64,000 bases of DNA from an uncultured Verrucomicrobiae bacterium. GTDB lineage: Bacteria > Verrucomicrobiota > Verrucomicrobiia > Chthoniobacterales > JAFAMB01. Positions 56,030 to 64,000 of the stretch are shown here, piece after piece. The notes under the pieces were generated by a model. That model was not told the DNA's origin. It saw only the letters and a program-made list of their open reading frames with translations, and made no database searches. The translations under genes and the position numbers were made by a program. Location: contig CAWAIK010000001.1 in the NCBI GenBank assembly GCA_963782115.1, forward strand, positions 544,001 to 608,000. Reading direction: 5' to 3'. Position 1 is the stretch's first letter. Each line of letters starts with the position of its first letter.

Positions 56030-56170
56030 TTGGACACCGATGACCGTGGCCTTCTCATTCCACTCGGCCACGACGTTTGGAGCGAACAATGGACGGATGG
56101 TGGAAAAATCGGAACCGTTAAGGCCATCCTGATAACGTTCGACGACTCTCTTCAATTCGCGTCGAACGGT
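56030..56170 (-). pseudogene. NTF2-like N-terminal fragment
   Basis: ELKRVVERYQDGLNGSDFSTIRPLFAPNVVAEW. Confidence 0.5.
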
Positions 56171-56351
56171 CGCCATACGGGGGGCCCTCGGAAAAGTAAA
56201 GCTGCCGCTGGGCCCTCCGTCTTTTGCCAGGGATGCTGGGACTGGCGAAAGCGCCGCTCCCGCAGACTACGGGAAGCAGGAAAACGCCGAGCAAGCGAGT
56301 AGTCGCTGCCAGACCGGCGATGATCGAGTGATTAGTCATTGCAACAAGCTC

Positions 56352-56816
56352 TCAGACTTCAACTTCTCCACCTTCCGGGTCGCTCTGGAACTTCCAGGTG
56401 CCGCTCGAGCGGAAGGTAGAGCCGGTGCCGAATGTGTCCTCCATGTACTGCATGTACGTCACGAGTCCGTCCTTGAGCTTCACGTGAACGGCAAAAGGGG
56501 AGACGAACGTCTTGTCGAGCTTGACCGAGTGGACGGTGAAGCTGCCGAAGACAGCTACATTGCCACCCTCCCCGAAGATGTCTCGAATGTTGAATTCTTC
56601 GATGGTCCAGAAAGTGTGAACGTCCTGAAACGTCTTGAGGATGGCCGCCCGGCCGTCCTGGTGCGTGCCCGCCCATGGCATCAGGTTCTTCAGCGCAGGG
56701 TTTTCGTAGGTGAGCGAAATATATACGGCGTGCGGAGATACGAGTCGGTTGACCACCTCCGGCTTTGTCGCTCCTTGAAGGAGCTCCTGAACTATCTCAA
56801 GATTTGTCTTTGTCAT
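56352..56816 (-). CDS. NTF2/ketosteroid isomerase-like protein
   Basis: MPWAGT, VAVFGSF, YMQYMEDTF. Confidence 0.85.
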   Translation of the reverse strand: MTKTNLEIVQELLQGATKPEVVNRLVSPHAVYISLTYENPALKNLMPWAGTHQDGRAAILKTFQDVHTFWTIEEFNIRDIFGEGGNVAVFGSFTVHSVKLDKTFVSPFAVHVKLKDGLVTYMQYMEDTFGTGSTFRSSGTWKFQSDPEGGEVEV

Positions 56817-56954
56817 AACTCGTCAGCTGTCGTATCAGCCAGAGTGCTCTCAGAGCTTGTCGTCCCATTGAACATAATCAGCATCGTCAGAGCGTGGCTT
56901 CTTTCGTAGATGTCTACCCGGCCAGCTGGTCGATCCAGCGTGCTTTGATCACGG

Positions 56955-57064
56955 GCGGACTGTTCGCTCAATCGTGGAGCCATCACCGCGCCCGCGGCGC
57001 CGCGGCCCACTATCGCAACATCGTATCCGGACCCGTTCGGACGTTGGCGCTGTTGATTTGGCAC
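56955..57064 (-). pseudogene. GMC oxidoreductase N-terminal scrap
   Basis: YDVAIVGRGAAGAVMAPRLSE (degenerate GxGxxG). Confidence 0.6.
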
Positions 57065-57603
57065 ATCTGCAGCCTAGGGAGATCCCCGAAGTCTGACTAG
57101 ACGGGAAAGTTGCAAATCAGATTCCCATATTTGGAGCGAAAACGAAGGAGGCTCGTTCTGGAGCAAATCAATACATCCCTAAGACGTTCGGCATGTGCTT
57201 GTTGCCTGCCGGCGAACCGTGCCGCGGCTGTATCGGTTCGAAACGGCCGACACAAAGGTGTAGAAAGCAAAGTTCGATTCATTCGCGGCGTTGACCGGCC
57301 TTCGGTCGAAGGAATAGATTTGAGTTCGACATCGCCAGCCACACCTGATGGAATTGCATCCTCACACAAGTTGGCCGGGTGGAACAACTCCCACCTCCGG
57401 GACTCCTCTTTCATCCTCTTCGCTTGTAAATCCTCCGTCGACGTGTCTTCGGGAACGTCCTGCCCGTACGAGGGAGAATCGGCAAGTGAATGCTATGAAA
57501 CACTCCGAAGTCCATCCTCCGCCCGATCCGGACTACATAAGCCCAAAATGCCGTCACATGGCCAAAGCTCTAAGTATGACCTCCTGCCTTCGCGTTCAAT
57601 AGT

Positions 57604-58515
57604 ATGGCCGATCTAAATTCGCTGATCATTTTTGCCCAAGTGGTAAAGTCAGGAAGCTTTTCAAGGGCTTCAGCCCTCCTTAAAATGCCGGTCTCAACCG
57701 TCAGTCGGCACGTTGCCAAATTGGAGGAACAACTGGGGCTGCGGCTGATTGAGCGTTCGACTCGATCATTACGACTGACCGATGTGGGCGCCGAAGTGCT
57801 CGAGCACGCCAAACGGACCACCGAACTCAGTGAGGAAGTGGAAAGTATCGCTTCTGATCATTCGTCGAAAGTATCGGGAACGTTGCGGATCGCCGCGCCT
57901 CCCAGCATTTCTGATTCCCTGCTTGCGCCGCTTATATGCCAATTTCAGGCATCCTACCCTGATGTTCGCATCCACCTTTTCATCACCGAACGGATTGTCG
58001 ATCAAATAGCCGAAGGGGTTGACGTTGCCTTTAGGGTTGGTGAGCTGGAGGATTCCTCGCTTGTTGTACGCAGGCTCCTGACTTACCGCCATCAGCTCGT
58101 GGCTAGTCCCGATTATCTAAGGAGGTGCCCGACACCCAAAAGGCCGCAGGATTTGCTCAGCCATCGATTGCTCGCTTTCTCATTCTGGAGACCTGAGAAT
58201 AGTTGGCAGTTCAGAAGTGCGAGTGGAGCGGGTAACGATACGGTTACTTTTCGGCCTTACCTGGCGATCAATGAATATTCCGGCCTTGCTTACGCGCTGC
58301 TCGCAGGGGTCGGTATCGGTGAACTTCCGCCGATTGTTCAGCCTGAATTACTGCGGGATGGCCGGCTCGTCGAGATCATGCCGCAGTGGCACCTCCGACT
58401 CTTCAACCTCTCCGTTGTTCACGTTGGCAACCGATACATACCTCGCGCAGTTCGGGTGTTCAAGGAATTCGCTAGCCAATTTGTACCAACTCTTTTCTCG
58501 AACCTCCCTACCTGA
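57604..58515 (+). CDS. LysR-family regulator (CrgA-like)
   Basis: GSFSRAS, STVSRHVAKLE, ERSTRSLRLT, EGVDVAFRVG. Confidence 0.93.
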   Translation: MADLNSLIIFAQVVKSGSFSRASALLKMPVSTVSRHVAKLEEQLGLRLIERSTRSLRLTDVGAEVLEHAKRTTELSEEVESIASDHSSKVSGTLRIAAPPSISDSLLAPLICQFQASYPDVRIHLFITERIVDQIAEGVDVAFRVGELEDSSLVVRRLLTYRHQLVASPDYLRRCPTPKRPQDLLSHRLLAFSFWRPENSWQFRSASGAGNDTVTFRPYLAINEYSGLAYALLAGVGIGELPPIVQPELLRDGRLVEIMPQWHLRLFNLSVVHVGNRYIPRAVRVFKEFASQFVPTLFSNLPT

Positions 58516-58539
58516 GCACGCCATTTAAAACGGCAGGAG

Positions 58540-59206
58540 ATGAAAGACTTTAGGTTTCTAAACCATATCGTCATTTGGAATATTTTCGTCGCCATCATCT
58601 GCGTTCCAACCGCGGGTAAACTAATCGACGTATTGGGGGATTCCGCTCTCGATCTCAATTTACTATTTTCCCTTCGTGTACATTCTGAGCGATATCGTGA
58701 CTGAGGTATATGGCTACGCTCTAGCCCGGAGAGTCCTTTGGTACAGTATTGCGGCGCAACTGGTCGCTGTTGCCGTCTTTCAATTGGTGGAAGTATACCC
58801 CCCGTCGGTTGTGATGGCTGATAACCAGTCCTACGTGGATGTTCTGTCTGCGGCTCCAAGAATAGTGCTGTTCGGAACTCTGGCGGTAATTAGTGGCGAC
58901 ATCATAAACAATTACGTGATCGCTAAGATGAAGGTGTGGACGGGGGGACGCTACATGCCCGCGCGTTTCATAGTTTCCACCCTATGCGGTCAATTTACAA
59001 ATACCGCGGTCTTTTATACATGTGCTCTATGGGGAATCATGCCGCCTGGCCTGTTAATCAAGAGCATCGCCCTGGCCAGTCTCATGAAGGTTGGAGTGGA
59101 GATCGCGTTGCTGCCACTTGCCATTAAAGTATCCGTATGGCTTAAGAAGAGCGAAGGTGTCGATGTCTTCGACACGGCCACTGATTTCAACCCTTTGAAA
59201 TTTTAA
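58540..59206 (+). pseudogene. yhhQ: Queuosine precursor transporter (YhhQ/VUT family), frameshifted
   Basis: FPFVYILSDIVTEVYGY, RFIVSTLCGQ, DTATDFNP; the ATG 58540 frame shifts at about G5 58635-58639. Confidence 0.8.
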
Positions 59207-59344
59207 TTCCCGCACAACTTTTCTGCACTGTTAAGACGTTACATATTTCGGCCGACTACCCCGCACTAAACAGCAGCGTCATAAATATTTGCGCATTGTG
59301 TTAGATTGCGTAGTTTGACAGGATGCGTCCATTAACAGTAGAAG

Positions 59345-59585
59345 ATGCCCCGGCACGTCCGCGATGACTTTGATCCCGTTGGCGCGCAAATGATCAGCCG
59401 GTCCAATGCCCGAGAGCATCAGGAGCTTAGGAGTCATTAAAGCGCCGGCGCAGCGCAGGACCTCCTTTGAGGCCAACACCTACCGGCGTTTGTCCTCGAC
59501 CTCGTATTCGACGCCCACAGCACGATCGCCTTCGATCACTACGCGCGTGGCAAAGGCACCGGTAACGACCTTCAGCGATGGACCA
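59345..59585 (-). pseudogene. GMC oxidoreductase internal fragment
   Basis: RAVGVEY, stop, [26 protein letters not shown]. Confidence 0.8.
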
Positions 59586-59926
59586 GCAGTCGACGGCTTA
59601 GACTAGAAAACCCCTTCTTCCACGTCATAAACATCGAAGAAGAACTTCACTTTGCTGGCCGGCTTGCAGTATTTCGGGATGTAGTTGGAAAGGTACTCCT
59701 GCGGCCCTTCATCTAGATCAGTAAGACGAAGGCCAATCATCTCGTTGTTCCATTTGATGACCGCTTTGCCGTCTTTCACCGTGGTGTTTTCCAGGATCCA
59801 CGCGTCGACTTCTACGTCGTTCGGGCCAGTAGACGCGAAAATCCTCACTCCCGGCGGAAATCGCATTGTCTGTTGGGACAAGGGACGGCCGACCTTTCAA
59901 ATGCTGGTCTTTATTGGATAATTAAA

Positions 59927-60135
59927 ATGAGAAAATTAGAGGACAAAGTGGCGGTGATTACGCGGGCGACTTCAGGGATGGCGCTGGCGACCGCGAAGCT
60001 ATTTTTGAAAGAGGGCGCCGCGTACACCTTCATTACTGGCCGGCGGCAGGAGAAGCTGGACGAGGCGGTGAAGGCAATCGGCCGAAATGAGACCGGAGTG
60101 CAGGGCGATGTGGCGAACCTGGCCGACCTGGAGCG
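59927..60135 (+). pseudogene. SDR N-terminal fragment
   Basis: KVAVITRATSGMALATAKLF, ITGRRQ, VQGDVANLADL, then unrelated sequence. Confidence 0.82.
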
Positions 60136-60307
60136 GAGTTTCAACAAAAGATCAACACCAGAATTTGAGAGGTTGGTCCGCTTTGAAACTAGGAGCTGGA
60201 TCACGTATCTTAAGTTCCATAATTATGTTTTGCTGGCTAAGCTATCACGGTGCAGGACCAATCTAAATAATTGCTCGTCCAAATCATTTGCATGTTCGAG
60301 GGTCAAT

Positions 60308-61703
60308 TCAGGTGTTTGTGGAGAGAGGTGAATCGTTCTGAGGTAGGTAAGTCATCTCGCCTTGATTGATTTTCGAACAAACGCGGGACGCTTCGCTTAC
60401 CGCGCCAGAGGCATGAGCAGTCGAAATATCGTCGATCGTCGGCGAACGCTCGTGGTGGAGATACTGTACGAAATCCTTTGTGAAGAAGAGGTCCAAAGTC
60501 CAGTCGAGTGCTACCCGCAACTTCTTTTCCAGGCGCGGGAGTTTGAGAAGATAAACGGTTCGCCAAAGCCACCAAGCGATGAACCCGGAGAAGTTGATGC
60601 CGAAAATTCTTGCGACGCCGGTGCGACGCCCGATCGACGCCAGCAGCCCGAGGGTCTTAAATCGGAAAGGCTTCAAGGCGTCACCGCGAACGCTCGCCGC
60701 GATATTGTTTGCCAGCACCTTGCCCTCACGGGAGGCATGTTGCGCCGTTGGTGGTTGATATCCACCCTGCTGGTCAGGAATCATGGCACAGTCGCCGAGG
60801 GCCCAAACGCCCGGATGACCTGTAATACCCATTCCAGCGTTAACTTTGAGGCGATTGTGTTCTTTCGGGAGATCCAGCTGATTGAGTAAGGGGTGCGGCG
60901 AGGTGCCCGCTGTCCAAACCAGAGTAAAACTGTTGATTCGAGTGCCGTCGGTTAGTTCGATTTCTCTCGATGTTACCGCCTTGACTTTCGTGTTTGGACG
61001 AATCTCCACACCGCGCTCAGCGAGCTTGCGGCTGGCATAACGACCGAGTTCTTCCCCTAGTTCAGGAAGAACAAAATCTCCAGGGATGGACCAAAATGAC
61101 GCGGAGCATCTCCGGCTTGAGATTCGGATAATAGGGCAGAGCGTCCTTCAAAAGATCATTGATGCTGCCCGTAGTTTCAACGCCGGCGAATCCGCCCCCG
61201 GCAACTACGAATGTCAGAAGCGCCGCACGATCCTTCTCGGCACAATCGGTGCCCGCCTCCTCGAGATGCTCGATCAGCCGGTTGCGCAGCACGATCGCGT
61301 CTCCGAGCGACTTCATGGTAACTGCTCTTTCCTGGAGGCCGGATATATCGTAAAAATTTGTCACGCAACCTAGTCCAAAGACAATGTGGTCGTATTCCAT
61401 GGAATGAGTGTGGCGGTTAAACCCATGCGCGACGACAACGCGATGCTCCGCCAGGTTGACAGACTGAACCTCGCCCTCAAAGAATCGGACGTGGTTCCGC
61501 AAAATCTTACGGATCGGATTGACGATATGGGTTACATCGAGGTCACTTGCCGCTACTTCATGAAGCATCGGCGTGAAAAGGAAGAAGTTTTCCTAACTAA
61601 TCAGCGTGATTTCGAAATCGGGATCACGGCGTTTCTCGAACTCGAGTGCCGCATATAAACCACCGAAACCGCCACCAAGAATGAGGACGCGAGTTTTTTT
61701 CAT
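60308..61703 (-). pseudogene. ndh: Type II NADH dehydrogenase-like FAD oxidoreductase with nonsense and frameshift mutations
   Basis: ILGGGFGG, early TAG before ENFFLFTPML, AGGGFAGVE, frameshift near 61085, WTAG, ALGDCA, PPTAQHA. Confidence 0.88.
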
Positions 61704-62841
61704 GGGATGTCGCTTCCCTTTACCAATGGCAATCCAAGAAGACATAATCGACATTTTATCCAGTTTGTTGACAGACCAAAGGAAGTATGGACATAGAAGC
61801 TAATATTTTTCACGGCCGGTTACTTTGCGTAAATATTCCAGTGTGGACGCTACAGTGACATGCCCTGTTGGAAAGCGCTCGACGCAGTGCGATCAGCGCG
61901 GGTTTACAATCGGCGATTAATCCGAACCATCTAGCGATCCAATCCCTAATCTGAACAAAAAGCTAAGACTTGCCGTGCATTGAAAGCATCACGAAGTACC
62001 GCTCTGGAGGAGGCTTGCGCAGCCGACTTCCCAATCCCTGGGCGTGCGAGTACCTGGAAACTCCAAAGTTCCAAGCTAAAGTCGCGTTCATCTTTAAGCT
62101 CCTAAATTATCCTATCGTAGAAATGCTTTACCTGCCTGCCCGCCCTGCTATCTTCGTAGATGATCACAACTTGGAAGGTCGGCCTATCGCCTAAATCCAA
62201 CGTTTAATTGGGATTGCAAGCTAATGAACGTTTCACGACCTAGCGGATTCTTGCCGCTAGTTAACAGGTTCTTCGGATCTCGATCTAAACATAAGGCCCT
62301 GACTTATAGGTCTCCGGTTCACAGGTCAGGACCGGCATTTCGTGGAGATACGTCCGAAGAGCCTCAGCCAAGCTGCGCAGTCGCACCGACTCCCCATTGC
62401 GTCGCGACGATGGTCGCACAGACAAGCACTTTGCATTTTTGCCTCCATAAAGACTATTCACTTCATAAACGGGGTTCGATCTCGCGTTAGCCGGCGATTT
62501 GTATCGTCGCGCTCAATCATTGTGAGTCCACGATATCAGCAGATATTCCGAAAACTATTTCAAAATGCCTAAAACGGCCGAGTACCAGGTATGTTTATCC
62601 ATGGGGCATTGCGGCGGTGCTAGTTAAGCTAGTTTCTAGACCCAAACAAGCCGCCCAAATTGCTGAACTAAACAAGTCAGTGAACGAACAAAAGGATCGG
62701 ACGAATCGATTCGGTTCTGTCAGGTTCATCAATATACTTACCGTTTCGCGTAAAGGGCTTGGCACGGTGAAACAGCATTGAAATTGCTGGCCAGAAAAAG
62801 AGCGGCGATGCCGAGCACAGATCTTAGCATCATCAGGAACT

Positions 62842-63396
62842 TTACTTCACCCTGCTCCTCTCGGCAGCCGACCCTGATTTCATTGATGCCGTATTAGGAT
62901 CTTCGGCGGCCCGTGTCTGCGCGGCAAATCTCCTCAATCGCGGTTTTATCAGCATATCCACCGAAAATCTGCCAGCCCCGAACACGAGAACAATCAAGGC
63001 AGCTAAAAGAAACGGAAACGGGTCAGCCTTCGCAAACTTGTCGGGATCGCTGAACATGCTGGATACGGCCTCGAAATCTGCCGTGAGGTAAGCCACTATC
63101 ATGGATATTACGATCAAAAGGGCCAGAGGTTGCGAGGCCACACCGATAATCAAGAGCAAGCTGCCGAAACATTCGAGCGAACCTATAAAGTAAGCATTCA
63201 AAGTAGGTAGCGGAATACCAAGGCTTGCGAAGAATTCCGATACTTTTCCGATGTTGGCAAGTTTCCCTTTGCCGGTTATAAACAGCTGCGAGAAAAAGTA
63301 GAGGCGCAGCAAAAGCAGAAAGGGTGACTGCAAGGCCGAACTACCAGCGAGCAACAACTCATAACTGCTTCGAGCTAATTTAATTATTTTTTTCAT
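62842..63396 (-). CDS. DoxX-family membrane protein
   Basis: GKGKLAN, FFASLGIP, GAGRFSVD. Confidence 0.88.
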   Translation of the reverse strand: MKKIIKLARSSYELLLAGSSALQSPFLLLLRLYFFSQLFITGKGKLANIGKVSEFFASLGIPLPTLNAYFIGSLECFGSLLLIIGVASQPLALLIVISMIVAYLTADFEAVSSMFSDPDKFAKADPFPFLLAALIVLVFGAGRFSVDMLIKPRLRRFAAQTRAAEDPNTASMKSGSAAERSRVK

Positions 63397-63562
63397 TCGG
63401 TAATTAATTGGTCGGAGAAATCCTCAACTCCTTACACTAAAAAGGCCAAACGTCGTGTAACATCCTGAAATTGATCGGCCTCGACGGCGTGATTTAGGAG
63501 CGAATCCAGCCTTGAGCCAAGTTATTGGGGTTTAATGTCGGTGTGTTCTCTAGCTGTGGGGC

Positions 63563-64000
63563 TCAACCACCTGAGGCCTTGTGAGGGAAAGAGTCCATCA
63601 GCTCCGCAACAGCCTTGCGAATTGGCCTTAGGTCAAAAGATGGCGATAGACCACTTTCGTCGAAGCTTTCAATCGGTGGATCGACACCAAAAAGGGCGCG
63701 CGGAAAACGTGGGTGGAGGACCTGGCCGAGGAGCCTCTGAGCCGCGTCGGCACTCGTCTGCGGTGACAGGCGGAACGTCCTTCTCAGGTACGCCGCTAGC
63801 CTCGTTTCAATCTCCGTGAAAATCACGTAACAATAAAGGGCAGATTCGTTCGGGAATCTTGCTGCTTCCGCCGCGCATACCCGGCACATCCGAATAGCAC
63901 CCTCGTAGAGCAATGTTTCCAGGAAACGGCCGCAGAACAGTACCAAGGCTTTGGCCGGATCCTCGGAGTAGGCATCCGGTGTGCGTAACCGGTCGAGGAA
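63563..64000 (-). CDS. TetR-family regulator, C-terminal part (runs off the window)
   Basis: CRVCAAEAARFPN resembles the C-terminal domain of the 28931 TetR (RVVTRDAHRFPE). Confidence 0.55.
   Translation of the reverse strand, partial: FLDRLRTPDAYSEDPAKALVLFCGRFLETLLYEGAIRMCRVCAAEAARFPNESALYCYVIFTEIETRLAAYLRRTFRLSPQTSADAAQRLLGQVLHPRFPRALFGVDPPIESFDESGLSPSFDLRPIRKAVAELMDSFPHKASGG

Noticed and set aside
59603..59881. Protein-like 92-aa ORF
   Set aside because: Probably another C-terminal fragment; no family could be assigned
1..64000. Integron cassette array, shufflon or CRISPR as the explanation of the mosaic
   Set aside because: No recurring attC-like, inversion or repeat-spacer motif at the junctions; breaks fall inside genes; no intact integrase or cas gene

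Overview
A 64 kb bacterial accessory region of moderate GC content. The gene families suggest a soil Verrucomicrobiota/Chthoniobacterales-like host, but this is inference only. No rRNA, tRNA or CRISPR array was found. The window reads as a decaying mosaic. About 30 apparently intact genes are present: an ECF42-type sigma factor with two YCII/DGPF genes, many TetR/LysR/AraC/ArsR regulators, SDR/NmrA/MDR oxidoreductases, MBL hydrolases, AcrA, NTF2-fold proteins, DoxX and Gly-rich peptidoglycan-binding proteins. They are interleaved with about 35 gene fragments that are truncated, internally deleted or joined directly to unrelated fragments. Five IS elements or relics occur: an intact IS4 in a lactonase gene, a one-ended IS701 in acrB, an intact IS630 in an aldo/keto reductase relic, and an IS1380 relic fused to an IS630 relic. 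There are also relics of PolA, tyrosine integrase and TcmP. Several modules occur twice with different lesions, so individual mutations can be read directly. The most unusual event is a 91-bp lysyl-oxidase-like coding fragment inserted into an O-methyltransferase gene between 4-bp direct repeats, with no IS features. A second pattern is that repressors tend to survive while their target genes decay. I cannot support a complete novel multi-gene system. Family calls come from motif recognition without database searches, and fragment boundaries are approximate.
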